Virus genome (UHGV): UHGV-0203268
From: a virus
DNA length: 41,256 nucleotides
Strand: one strand, 5' to 3'
In this document: positions 7,752-17,799 of the stretch, piece by piece
How the letters are laid out: every line of letters starts with the position of its first letter
Position numbering within the stretch: position 1 is the stretch's first letter
The notes under the pieces: model-generated
Told to the model about the DNA's origin: nothing
The model's database searches: none
Seen by the model: only the letters and a program-made list of their open reading frames with translations
Made by a program: the position numbers and the translations under genes

Positions 7752-8963
7752 CTAAACTGATGTCCAAGAACCCCAGGAATTATTTGTAGCATTATATTTC
7801 CTAATTTGTTTTACACTCTCATCAAAACTTGTTCTTTTTTGAATATATAAAGTTGATCCTTTTCCAATTAACATTTCATAAGTATAGCCATTAGTAGGGT
7901 CGATCAAGGTGAATACTACATTTTCTTCAAACCCCACCCCTCCCACTGGGGCTGGAGGTTTCAGTAATTTATCAAAAATACTTTCTGCATTAAAACCTGT
8001 ACCATTTAGCACTAAAGAATAAAGGAAACTTCTCCCCACAAATCTTACTTCATTAATAATGGTTCTTGCAGAATTTGTCCTATACATAAGATTAAGGTTA
8101 CCACCATCACTATTGAGTTGAATATCCAAACCATATTGATAACTTTCCTGGTTATGAAAAGGTCTATATATACGAACTGAATGTATTGGAAAACTAGGAA
8201 AAGCAGGAAAGGGACGTGAAGCATTATCTACATCCTCAAATAACCAGCTAAGTAGGTAATCTAATCGGCAATCCCGTTCATTACCTATATAGTAATAACC
8301 CAGGTCAATATTAGCAATAGCATTTTTTAAATCATTAAAACTAACATTTGTTTTTATACCCCTAACCAATCCAGGTAAACTTCCAGTGGATTCAGGTATA
8401 TCTGAAATAGCACTATAACCTGCCACATCCCTGTTGACCCTTGTGTCCCTCATATAATTTTTAAGGGTTTGAGCAGAAAAGAATAAAGTATTTGAGGTAG
8501 AGGTAGAATCTGTTGTGGCAGTATTCTTAGTGGCACCAGCCTCAATTTCATCCAATTTATTTTTATCTTCTTTGGACATTAAACCATCAGCAACAGCGGT
8601 CACTTTGCTAGGTAAAGGGGTATTCTTTAAAATTGATTGCTTTACACGGATAGCAGTCATATATTTGCTATCGTCAGTACCAGCTTCGGATTCTGCTTGG
8701 TTCGCTTTATTTGGATTCTTTTGTGCCCCAGATTCAATGCTATCTAATTTAGTTTTGTCATTTGCAGACATCAAACCATTCTTCGTCGTACTTACCGTAT
8801 CGGGGTTCTTCTGTGCTCCAGACTCAATGCTATCTAATTTGGTTTTGTCATTTTTGCTCATTAAACCGTCGCTGTCAGAAGTAACTGGTTGCGTGGCAGT
8901 TTCAAGACGATTTAAGTCTTCGGCCTCAACGATATCGCCAGTTTGCCAGTGTTTTTTTGCCAT
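7752..8963 (-). CDS. tail fibre / receptor-binding protein with three Phage_fiber_2-type repeats (GLMSxxDKxKLDxIExGAxKN)
   Basis: Repeat motif seen three times in the N-terminal third. C-terminal domain of unknown fold. Position matches XkdV in PBSX-like clusters. Confidence 0.7.
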   Translation of the reverse strand: MAKKHWQTGDIVEAEDLNRLETATQPVTSDSDGLMSKNDKTKLDSIESGAQKNPDTVSTTKNGLMSANDKTKLDSIESGAQKNPNKANQAESEAGTDDSKYMTAIRVKQSILKNTPLPSKVTAVADGLMSKEDKNKLDEIEAGATKNTATTDSTSTSNTLFFSAQTLKNYMRDTRVNRDVAGYSAISDIPESTGSLPGLVRGIKTNVSFNDLKNAIANIDLGYYYIGNERDCRLDYLLSWLFEDVDNASRPFPAFPSFPIHSVRIYRPFHNQESYQYGLDIQLNSDGGNLNLMYRTNSARTIINEVRFVGRSFLYSLVLNGTGFNAESIFDKLLKPPAPVGGVGFEENVVFTLIDPTNGYTYEMLIGKGSTLYIQKRTSFDESVKQIRKYNATNNSWGSWTSV

Positions 8964-8964
8964 A

Positions 8965-9240
8965 TTAATTGCCCACCTTTACTTGATATTTGAAACGCGT
9001 GTCATTAGAGATTGTCACATAAAGATTCGAGTTACCCAAAATGTTGTCATCAGAATCTAAAATTTCCAATTTTGTGATTGCTGTGACAGAGATCGGCACA
9101 TCGAATTCAATTGTTAACGTGTCTGCATCCACTTCTTTTATAACGAAAGTTTCTACAACAACGTTGCCATTCACACGTACTTTTTTAACTGCTTCGTTGT
9201 AGCAATTCGCAAGCTTATTCTTTGCTAAATCAGTAATCAT
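8965..9240 (-). CDS. small tail/baseplate-associated protein (91 aa)
   Basis: Coupled between the XkdU-like gene and the fibre gene. Confidence 0.45.
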   Translation of the reverse strand: MITDLAKNKLANCYNEAVKKVRVNGNVVVETFVIKEVDADTLTIEFDVPISVTAITKLEILDSDDNILGNSNLYVTISNDTRFKYQVKVGN

Positions 9241-9821
9241 AGTAATTCAACCGCCTTTTCTTCAGTTCGTTGCGAAAATGGTGTAATTCCAACATGCATA
9301 GATCCTGCACGTGCATAGATCATTTGAGAGATTGTTGCAGATTCTTTTAACACAATACTAGATCGATACAACGGAATATGGATATACTGCAAACTAGCTG
9401 GCTTAATTGAAAGTATGGTAATATGACCCTCTTTAAACCATTGTTGATTGTCCGTCGAGCTTTCTAAAGTTAGTATTTGATCTTTGTAATCAATTACCAG
9501 TGTGTATTTGTCTTCTCCATAAATATTATTGAGCTTATTTTCCAAGAAAGCTAAGTTAAATGGCGGTTTATTGTTTAGCCGATTAATAACACGATCTCTT
9601 CTAAAATCCAATGACTCCCCACTGTTAGATTTGATTTCAAGCATCTTTTCCATATTAGTGATTGCGTCTTCATCCATTTGCAAGATGAACCCGTTTTTGC
9701 GAGTATGATCAATATTTTGTTCCAGAACACCAAATTGAAAATCTTCTGCTTCCAACAAACGATTCATTTCCACGTTATACAAATAATACGATGGTAAGTA
9801 TATTTTTAAACTCTCTGTCAT
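9237..9821 (-). CDS. baseplate protein, XkdU-like (DUF2313-type)
   Basis: Size and position immediately after the baseplate J-like gene. Confidence 0.5.
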   Translation of the reverse strand: MTESLKIYLPSYYLYNVEMNRLLEAEDFQFGVLEQNIDHTRKNGFILQMDEDAITNMEKMLEIKSNSGESLDFRRDRVINRLNNKPPFNLAFLENKLNNIYGEDKYTLVIDYKDQILTLESSTDNQQWFKEGHITILSIKPASLQYIHIPLYRSSIVLKESATISQMIYARAGSMHVGITPFSQRTEEKAVELL

Positions 9822-9824
9822 AGC

Positions 9825-10958
9825 CTACACCTCCGAAATCGTGATAACACCTACAACTGGTACTTTGTTTTCATTCATAGATTGATTCCAGACTAGATCA
9901 CTATTTTGACCATTTATTTTTATGTTCGCTGCATTGTTGACACCTTCAGTTTGTAATACCGCAACCAATAATTTGGCAGTGTAAATGTAAGTCGTATAGT
10001 TATACAATTCATCATGATTGCCCCACGAATCTCGAATTTCTTGAATGTATTTATCAATAGATCTCCGGATTTCTGTTTCTACCGCAACATGATCGACACC
10101 TGCTGAGTAAGTAACGCTTACGGAAATTGCCAATGCCGTACTCACTGGAGTAGCAACAGTCACACGATGGCCAATTGGTGAAATACCGGTACCCTCTGAT
10201 TCATTATTTTCTGGATCAAAATAATTCTTCACCTGTGTTTTTAAATCTGATGAAACGGGTAACCCATCATCATCAACGACCATTAGACCAACAGTACCAC
10301 CACCATCAAATGTAGGAAATACTTGAACGTTACCCACTCCTTTAATTTTCAAAGCTTCTTCTTGATAAGCAGCAAAATTACCAGCGAAAGGTTTTTCTGT
10401 GACTGCTTGAAAATATCGTTCACGCAAATCATCATCTGTTTCTTGATCACGTCCAGATATATACACACCAGACATAGTCGCGGTTCCAAGTTTGCTGATA
10501 TTATCAACTGGCAAAAGCTGTCCTACGTATCTATTCGCAGCTGCGCCAATCGTTTCAGATTCAAGTATGAATTTACCAACACTTTGCTTTTCGATAACCT
10601 TGTAGTACTGTTCATCTTGGCCAACTGTTGAGAACCTGCTACCAATAGGAACATCCATCAATTCGCCTGATGCATCTCTAAATTCAGCTAATTTTGTTGC
10701 TTTCGTTGCTTCAAGTCGGCTCAATCCTTGTTCCGCAACTTTCAAATCTAAGTATTCGCCAACCGCGCTCGTCGCAAACGTATCTTGTAGCATGTTGTAA
10801 AGGTCCATATAAACTAATGCCAATTGATAGGCTGCAGGAGCCAATGCATCATAGATAATAGAGCCTTCACGTTTATCAATATCATCCGGGATTCTGTCTA
10901 GCATACTATCAAGTAAATTATCAAAACTGTACTCTTTTAGATAATCACCTAAACTCAT
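9825..10958 (-). CDS. baseplate J-like protein (XkdT-like)
   Basis: 377 aa in conserved gene order. General similarity to the baseplate J family. Confidence 0.65.
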   Translation of the reverse strand: MSLGDYLKEYSFDNLLDSMLDRIPDDIDKREGSIIYDALAPAAYQLALVYMDLYNMLQDTFATSAVGEYLDLKVAEQGLSRLEATKATKLAEFRDASGELMDVPIGSRFSTVGQDEQYYKVIEKQSVGKFILESETIGAAANRYVGQLLPVDNISKLGTATMSGVYISGRDQETDDDLRERYFQAVTEKPFAGNFAAYQEEALKIKGVGNVQVFPTFDGGGTVGLMVVDDDGLPVSSDLKTQVKNYFDPENNESEGTGISPIGHRVTVATPVSTALAISVSVTYSAGVDHVAVETEIRRSIDKYIQEIRDSWGNHDELYNYTTYIYTAKLLVAVLQTEGVNNAANIKINGQNSDLVWNQSMNENKVPVVGVITISEV

Positions 10959-11365
10959 AAACTTACCTCGCTTTCATAATTCATTTGCCCGTAAACTGTA
11001 TTTACATCAAAACGCAAAACAGCACTGTCTTTTTGATTTGTTTTCTCTAGCGTGACGTTTACTACTTCGATAATGCGATCATCGACAAGCAAGGCTTCAG
11101 AAACAATTCGATTAATTTCAGCCTCTACCAATCCATAATCTTGGCCAATCAATGATTCAAGCTCTACTCCGTAGTTATCTGAATAAATGGGATAAGAAAA
11201 GCGCTCGGTAGATAAAATCTTTTCTATCGATTGAGCAACAGATTCCAAATCAGAAACATATCCAGCAATACGATTATTAAATACTCGATAGGTTTTCGAC
11301 GGTTCAGAAACGTTTTCTGTCTCTGTACTCGCATCTTTTAAATACAATCCTTCTTCTTCATCCAC
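10955..11365 (-). CDS. baseplate protein XkdS-like (DUF2634)
   Basis: Order and size. Confidence 0.5.
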   Translation of the reverse strand: MDEEEGLYLKDASTETENVSEPSKTYRVFNNRIAGYVSDLESVAQSIEKILSTERFSYPIYSDNYGVELESLIGQDYGLVEAEINRIVSEALLVDDRIIEVVNVTLEKTNQKDSAVLRFDVNTVYGQMNYESEVSL

Positions 11366-11369
11366 ACAA

Positions 11370-11744
11370 TCACACCCTCTCTAACACGTAATAGATTTGC
11401 CCTTTTTGCATTTTAAGCAAAGCGACTTTATCTCCGACCTGCAATCCTCTCCAGATTGTGTTTGTTCCTGAGCCAGTTCCGCTCCCTGAGCCACTACCTG
11501 AACCTGATTTTCCATCGACGGAAACAGAAACGCCGACAACAGTCGATACTGAAACATTAATATTTACTGTTAATTCTTCAGCTAATCTTGAGAGTATAAG
11601 ATGGTTTTCATCAACATCAAATCGATTGTCGATTCTGATAACCAATGGATTTTTAGATATAACTTTTCCGAATGTTAAATCGCTCGAGCGACTAATATCA
11701 TTGCTGATATCCTTTAGCCTTTTCGCTATTTTCTCACCAGCCAA
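11370..11744 (-). CDS. XkdR-like protein (DUF2577) with internal Gly-Ser linker
   Basis: C-terminal GDKVALLKMQKGQIYYVLERV motif. Contains GSGSGSGSGTGSG encoded by a simple repeat. Confidence 0.5.
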   Translation of the reverse strand: MAGEKIAKRLKDISNDISRSSDLTFGKVISKNPLVIRIDNRFDVDENHLILSRLAEELTVNINVSVSTVVGVSVSVDGKSGSGSGSGSGTGSGTNTIWRGLQVGDKVALLKMQKGQIYYVLERV

Positions 11745-12716
11745 TTAAATCACCTCGACTTCTAAACTCATCGTATGAGTGGTATTAAAATTATGTGTAC
11801 ATTTTGTTATCAGTGCGAGACTATCAGCATTAATCCCCTCACTTTGCAGATCAGATATATTCAAAGTAAAACTATTACCTGCTTGCAAAGGAAAAACACC
11901 CACGACATTAAGTGTGAGTGTTCGAACTTCTTTAGCGTTTGCTTTTAATAGATCGTTTGCTTTTTGCTGCAACTGAACAGTATTTAGATCGGATTCATTT
12001 ACTTTTTCAACCATCTGCAATTTCCCCCAGCGATCTATAAGCCCGCTATTTGATGCAGTGAATACTTGTCTCTGCTTCGTTTCACTATCCTCTTTGATTA
12101 CTTTGACCACGTTGTATGCATCATCAATACTTGCTTCGTAGTCGTAATCAGATAACAATGATTCGTCACCAATCAATAATTTGGTAATTCCTCGATTGAG
12201 ATCAAACAATTCTAATGTGCCAAAATTATCCCTGATACCAAATCGAGCGTTGTTGTTTTCTCGCACCTCTTGAATAGCTGCTTCAAGCATGGAATAGTAG
12301 CTTTCATTATCTTCCACCTTTTCAGCAAGCTGATACCCATTAGCATCAAGAACTTTATAAGAAAGACCTTGAAGTTGACAAATTTTTATAAATCTATCTG
12401 ACAATTTTCCCACTCCAAAAACAATCGTATCCTGGTTTTGCAAATATCTTAAATTGTCATAAGCTTTAATTGTCCAAAACTTATCTTTTTTCTTTCCTCT
12501 AACAAATACTTTCCCTTTAAAAGTATTTTTACCGTCAATGACAACTTCAATCAAATCACCATCGCGGATAAAAACTGCCTTATCCTTTTGAATGCTAAAC
12601 TCAAATGTACCTGCTTGACTACCCAGACTAGTGGTCCATCTAGGAGAACTAACAATATTTGTAATATCGTATTTTTGTTGATTACGACTACTTGTTTCGT
12701 AAATTTTAATATTCAT
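11745..12716 (-). CDS. baseplate hub / late control D-like protein (XkdQ-like)
   Basis: The likely start is the ATG at 12716, which overlaps the upstream stop (ATGA). Position after the XkdP-like gene. Confidence 0.5.
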   Translation of the reverse strand: MNIKIYETSSRNQQKYDITNIVSSPRWTTSLGSQAGTFEFSIQKDKAVFIRDGDLIEVVIDGKNTFKGKVFVRGKKKDKFWTIKAYDNLRYLQNQDTIVFGVGKLSDRFIKICQLQGLSYKVLDANGYQLAEKVEDNESYYSMLEAAIQEVRENNNARFGIRDNFGTLELFDLNRGITKLLIGDESLLSDYDYEASIDDAYNVVKVIKEDSETKQRQVFTASNSGLIDRWGKLQMVEKVNESDLNTVQLQQKANDLLKANAKEVRTLTLNVVGVFPLQAGNSFTLNISDLQSEGINADSLALITKCTHNFNTTHTMSLEVEVI

Positions 12717-13402
12717 ATACGTTTCACGCTCCCAGCAGTTACCCAGCCACGCCAACCACCATTCAAAAGTGTTACATGATAAGGATATTTACGGCCCGGC
12801 ACAACAAAGTTCACTAGACGAGTAGCGTTTTTTTCGACAACGCCCGGTCCTGTTCCGTAGCTGTCTCGGTGCAATTGACCGTTGCAAATTACTTTGCAAC
12901 CAGGAGTGATTGTTTGTGTTGTAGGAGACGGTCTTGCCGGAATTTTCTTTGCTTCAGAGACTTTCTTTTTTACTGTCGTTACATATTTTGCACCAAATTC
13001 TCTATACTGTTTCAATTCAAGTGTAAAGTAAATATCTCCAGTAGCATCTTTTAAGCCGTATTTAAAATTCTCGATCGTTGTAAGAATATTTATGTTAGTT
13101 TCCGTCACAGTTAATCTCAATAACTTACCTTGCGATTGAACTGATTTGAGTAAATCCAAAAAAATATTTTGTTTGATAAATTCGTTTGGAAATGACACGA
13201 ACGAACTCTCTTTTTCTTTCGGGAAAAAAGATTCTAAAGATAACTGATCAAGACCATCAGCGCCAATTTGGTTGATTTCGCCAAGTGATACGACTTCATT
13301 ACTCGAATTGTTACTCGCTTTGCTTATTTCTAATTGTGAAGGATTGACAGGAAGAAGATACTTCTTCCCATCAACCTGAATGTAAAATTTCAAATCATAC
13401 AC
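12713..13402 (-). CDS. tail protein at the XkdP position (no obvious LysM)
   Basis: 229 aa immediately downstream of the tape measure gene. Confidence 0.45.
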   Translation of the reverse strand: MYDLKFYIQVDGKKYLLPVNPSQLEISKASNNSSNEVVSLGEINQIGADGLDQLSLESFFPKEKESSFVSFPNEFIKQNIFLDLLKSVQSQGKLLRLTVTETNINILTTIENFKYGLKDATGDIYFTLELKQYREFGAKYVTTVKKKVSEAKKIPARPSPTTQTITPGCKVICNGQLHRDSYGTGPGVVEKNATRLVNFVVPGRKYPYHVTLLNGGWRGWVTAGSVKRI

Positions 13403-13405
13403 CTC

Positions 13406-16400
13406 CTAACTTAAATCGGCATCAATCATTTCTTCAATGCGTTCTTCAAATTCTTGCAATAATGCTTCTGTATCAATCGGATCGCCATTGTTATTTTCAA
13501 CATGGATTGTTACTTGTGGTACAACTTGTTTGTGGTTCACAACGACTTGCTGGCTAGCTGAAGCTTGTAACCGTGATATTTCACTATCATCAAGTTGAAC
13601 ATTACTTGTTACAGTACCGTTTGCACTTATATCTGCAACAGGGTTAGGCACTGCTGAAAATGCTAAAGCGTTACTTGCTTTTGACACAAGATTTTGAGTA
13701 GCAGCAATACCATTTGCCAATCCTTGACCGACAAATTGGCCCACTGCCATCATTACCCTAGATGGAGAATGAATTTTTAAAGCACTACGGATTGTAGATG
13801 ACACTTGGTTAGCGACTGATTGCGCTTGTGCAATAGCACTACCTGAACCGGCAGCAATACCTGCAGCCAATCCGCTCATAGCGTAATATCCTGCTGACTG
13901 CAATTGAACACGCAACCCACTAAATGCACCTACGATTTGAGCATTACCTGATCTTACAGTTGATACACTCATTGCCATGCCACTAGTAAAAGCGCTCGCC
14001 ATTGCTATAGTACCGCTAACAATTACCGCCCTCGTTTGTGTCATGCTCTGAGTCATCGCTGAAACAATCTGACTACCTGCTGTTTGAACTGTCGTAACGG
14101 TTGCTGAGACGCTCGTGTTGATTTGACTCAGTGAGGTAATTAATATTTGACCAGAGGAAACAACATTTGTCATAGAGGTAGACAACATATCAAAACCGCT
14201 AACAGCGATAGCTATGCTTGTGCCATTTAATCCGGCTAGCTCATTTAGCACATTTTTTATCCCTTGAATAACAGTTTGTGCTTGTAGACTTTGCACTTCC
14301 GTACTAGCAAGTTGATTAATTTTAGGAACGAGTTCAATCATACTTTGTAATGCACTTGATGCACTAGCTATTGCATCTGAGCTAATAGTTTTTGCTACTC
14401 CGAAAACAGTAGGAGATAATCTTTCGATTACACTTGCTATTAAGTCTATCTTGCCGTTTGCAGCTTCAGCATTGACAGGCACTGTAGCAAGCTGATTAAT
14501 TGGCACTACCATTTCATTCATTGCTCGAAGCGAAGACAAAGCTTCCCCTACTTGTGACCCTTGAATCATGGAACCTATCCACTCAATAAGTGAAGAAGAT
14601 CCCAGTTTCTTTATTACTTCTTTGGCTAAATCAATTTTGCCAATAGCTTCTTCTGATCTCACTGGCACTGTTGCCAACTGGTTGATTGGTATTACTAGTT
14701 CATTCATTGTATTAAGGGCTTGCTTTGCCGATCCTAAGTCTACAGCTTGTAATTTGGTTCCAACTGCTTCAACTACAGACGATGATCCTACCTTATCCAG
14801 TACTTTTTTTATTAGGTCGACCTTACCGATTGCTTCTTCCGACCTAACTGGAACTGTAGCGAGCTGATTAATTGGCACTACCATTTCATTCATTGCACTT
14901 AATGCACTTGTTGCACTGTTTACAATACTGGAATCAAGCGTGTTACTAAGAGCTTCAGCAGCTTTAGATATAATTCCAGTACCGTCATTAAACTTTTGCA
15001 TTACATCTCTAATTGCATCTATTTTGCCCGATACTCCATCTGTTTTTATGTCTAAAGAACTAAAATTGTTTATTTCTTCGGCCAACGTCTGCATTTTATC
15101 CAAACCAGAACTAACTGCCCCGACATTTAGTGTGCCAAAAATATTGCTAAATAAATCAATCACACCGCCGAGGTTAGCAGCCGTAAAATAACCAATTACT
15201 TTTGAAACAGAATCGATTTTTTCTTTAACGCCAGAAATATCTTCGGGTACTTTGTTGTTAAATTGTTGCATTGCTTCAGCAACAACTATCATTTCACTAG
15301 CTATTGCCGCGACCGAAATCAAACCAGCAATAATAGCCACAGTACCCAAACCAGTTGAAGCAAACGCCCCAACAGCTGTGATAAGTACACCCATGCCACC
15401 AATAGCAACAGCAATACTTCCCATCTTTTTCGCAACGTCGCCAATGCTTTCCGGAACTTTATCGTTGATTTGTTTTAATGCTTCAGCTGCTAGCATTAAA
15501 TTTCCACTGATTCCAGCTACAACAGCCAATCCAGTGATCGCTCCACTGATATTATTACCTGCTACTACGCTTGCCACTTTCACAAATGCACCCATAGCCG
15601 TCAATGCAATTCCCATATTTAACATTTTAGGTGCTAAATCAGATAAATCTTTTGGCACTTTTTTGTTGATGTCTTGCAGTGCTTGCGCCGCTTCTTCAAT
15701 CAGTTTGATCACGCCAAAGACAATCGCTAGCTTTCCAGCACTTTTCGCAAAACCGTTAAACGTATCAAGCAGAGGTGCGAAAGGATTTGTTGCAGCTCCA
15801 CCTTGTCCGCCAACCGACGGTAAATTCGTAGTTGGAACTGTTGGATTTTTAGGCGGTTTAGCTTTGCCTAATTTTGCTAAATTAGAAACCAGCGTACCAG
15901 TGGCTTTTGCTGCTCCTGCGATACCGCTACCGAACGTGGCAATTGTACCTAATACACCAGAGCCAATCTTGAAACCAACAAACGCTGCCATTAATTTAGG
16001 CAGGCTAGAAATAAGTTTTGCGATACCATCAGAATGTTTTTCCGCAAAGCTTGCAATTCCTTTGATAACACCTGTAACAGACGTTAGAACAGATTTAAAC
16101 TTGTCTACATTCTTCGCACTGCCAAACTTGCCATTCATTTTAGCTAGGCTATCACCAATTGCACCGAATGCATCAGATATAGGCCCTTTCACATCGTCAA
16201 AAGCGCCTTTTAATGCTTTTCCGTATTTAGATAGCTTGTCAAAAAATCCGTCGATATTGACTTTAGAGAATGTTTGGTCAATCCAAGTCGTTAGCTTCTC
16301 AATCTGTGGTGCGATTAGTGGAAACAATCTGTCACCGATTCGAATCGCAACGGATTCTAAAGCACCACCTAATTGTTCGACTTTGGATTTCAAGTTATTT

Positions 16401-17782
16401 TGCATGGTTTTGGCCATCTCTTCTGCGGCACCATTGCTATTTTCTAGTGACTTCGTAAGCTTGTTTAGCTTATCGGGTCCAGCAGCAACTAATGCCATCA
16501 TCCCTGATAGTGATTCTTGACCGTACAAGGTAACGAGTGCATTTTGCTGTTGTTCTGGAGTCAGGCCCTTAAATGCTTTTTGGAGCATTCCAACCTGATC
16601 AGTTAATGATTTCATGTTTCCGTTTGAATCGTAAAATGACAAGCCTAAATTTGCCATAGTATCTTTCATTGCAGCTGTTGGTTTAGCCAATCTCGCTAAT
16701 GCACCACGTAACGTAGTACCTGCTTGACTTCCTTTGATACCAGCGTCACTTAAAATACCGACAGATGCCGCTACTTCTTCAATAGACAATCCCATTGAGT
16801 GAGCTACTGGCGCAACATATTTCATTGCTTCACCCATGTCAGCTACTTCTGCATTGGTATCAGCTGCTGCTCTAGCGAATACGTCTGAAACATGCCCGGC
16901 TTGACTTGCTTCAAGTCCAAATCCTCTCAATGCTGCTGCACTATTTTCTGCTGCTAATGCTACATCACCGCCTGAAACTGCAGCTAGATTTAACATACCC
17001 GGCATAGCAGCCATAATTTCGTTCGCACTAAACCCGGCACTAGCTAAATCTTCCATTCCTTTGGCTGATTCTGTTGCACTAAACGCAGTCTTTGCACCAA
17101 GGTCAATTGCTTGGTCGCGTAACTTGGTAAACGAGTCACCAGTAGCACCAGAGATAGCTTGAACTCTACTCATTTGCGATTCGAAGCCACCAGCAATGTC
17201 ATAGACCTTTTTACCAATTCCTACCAAGGCAGCTGTTCCAGCAACCGCAGCGACTTTCGCAACATTCAAGAGTTTATTGCCGACTGTTGAAACAGATGTA
17301 TTAATTTTGTCAAAACTAGCTTTAATTTCTGATCCAAATTGTTTGAATGCTGGACCACTTGCAATAATTGTTGCTTTCATTTTAGCTATGCCACTAGCCA
17401 CTTTTGCAACTGCAGAACTCATTGCACTAGACACAGACGCTTTAACGCTCGAAAATGTTGAAGAGAATTTTTGTGTAACACCACTTAAACCTAGTTTCGA
17501 ACTAATACGATTTCCGAAGTTACCGAATACAGACAGAATCTTTTCGGTCGATGATTTCACGATGTTTGAAGCAGTAGTCATTTTTGAACGAATACTTGAA
17601 TTCAGCTTATTGATGCCAGCGCTTGCAGCATTTCCTAATGATTGAAAAGCCGTTGCAGGTCCACTTATTTTTTTTTTAAACGTGTCCATATTGCCTGCTG
17701 CTTTTTGTAGACCATTATTTATTTTATTCAACACTTGCGTAAATTGGTCTCTCAATTTTAAACTTGCTTCTAAACTCGACAT
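13406..17782 (-). CDS. tail tape measure protein (1458 aa) with four tandem ~40-aa repeats
   Basis: Very long Ala/Gly/Ser-rich protein with predicted TM segments. Repeats MNEMVVPINQLATVPVRSEEAIGKVDL... x4. Located after the tail chaperones. Confidence 0.85.
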   Translation of the reverse strand: MSSLEASLKLRDQFTQVLNKINNGLQKAAGNMDTFKKKISGPATAFQSLGNAASAGINKLNSSIRSKMTTASNIVKSSTEKILSVFGNFGNRISSKLGLSGVTQKFSSTFSSVKASVSSAMSSAVAKVASGIAKMKATIIASGPAFKQFGSEIKASFDKINTSVSTVGNKLLNVAKVAAVAGTAALVGIGKKVYDIAGGFESQMSRVQAISGATGDSFTKLRDQAIDLGAKTAFSATESAKGMEDLASAGFSANEIMAAMPGMLNLAAVSGGDVALAAENSAAALRGFGLEASQAGHVSDVFARAAADTNAEVADMGEAMKYVAPVAHSMGLSIEEVAASVGILSDAGIKGSQAGTTLRGALARLAKPTAAMKDTMANLGLSFYDSNGNMKSLTDQVGMLQKAFKGLTPEQQQNALVTLYGQESLSGMMALVAAGPDKLNKLTKSLENSNGAAEEMAKTMQNNLKSKVEQLGGALESVAIRIGDRLFPLIAPQIEKLTTWIDQTFSKVNIDGFFDKLSKYGKALKGAFDDVKGPISDAFGAIGDSLAKMNGKFGSAKNVDKFKSVLTSVTGVIKGIASFAEKHSDGIAKLISSLPKLMAAFVGFKIGSGVLGTIATFGSGIAGAAKATGTLVSNLAKLGKAKPPKNPTVPTTNLPSVGGQGGAATNPFAPLLDTFNGFAKSAGKLAIVFGVIKLIEEAAQALQDINKKVPKDLSDLAPKMLNMGIALTAMGAFVKVASVVAGNNISGAITGLAVVAGISGNLMLAAEALKQINDKVPESIGDVAKKMGSIAVAIGGMGVLITAVGAFASTGLGTVAIIAGLISVAAIASEMIVVAEAMQQFNNKVPEDISGVKEKIDSVSKVIGYFTAANLGGVIDLFSNIFGTLNVGAVSSGLDKMQTLAEEINNFSSLDIKTDGVSGKIDAIRDVMQKFNDGTGIISKAAEALSNTLDSSIVNSATSALSAMNEMVVPINQLATVPVRSEEAIGKVDLIKKVLDKVGSSSVVEAVGTKLQAVDLGSAKQALNTMNELVIPINQLATVPVRSEEAIGKIDLAKEVIKKLGSSSLIEWIGSMIQGSQVGEALSSLRAMNEMVVPINQLATVPVNAEAANGKIDLIASVIERLSPTVFGVAKTISSDAIASASSALQSMIELVPKINQLASTEVQSLQAQTVIQGIKNVLNELAGLNGTSIAIAVSGFDMLSTSMTNVVSSGQILITSLSQINTSVSATVTTVQTAGSQIVSAMTQSMTQTRAVIVSGTIAMASAFTSGMAMSVSTVRSGNAQIVGAFSGLRVQLQSAGYYAMSGLAAGIAAGSGSAIAQAQSVANQVSSTIRSALKIHSPSRVMMAVGQFVGQGLANGIAATQNLVSKASNALAFSAVPNPVADISANGTVTSNVQLDDSEISRLQASASQQVVVNHKQVVPQVTIHVENNNGDPIDTEALLQEFEERIEEMIDADLS

Positions 17783-17799
17783 ACTTCCTCACCTCCATA

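Noticed and set aside
8515-9060. 181-aa plus-strand ORF with internal repeats
   Set aside because: Antisense image of the tail fibre Phage_fiber_2 repeats, not an independent gene or a CRISPR array.
8547-14960. Tandem repeats considered as a possible CRISPR array or DGR variable region
   Set aside because: The repeats are in-frame coding repeats with no unique spacers. No cas gene or reverse transcriptase is present in the window.
14568-17645. Several plus-strand ORFs (up to 422 aa) inside the tape measure region
   Set aside because: Mirror-frame artefacts of the long Ala/Gly/Ser-rich tape measure gene. The 14568-14867 ORF just reflects its tandem repeats.
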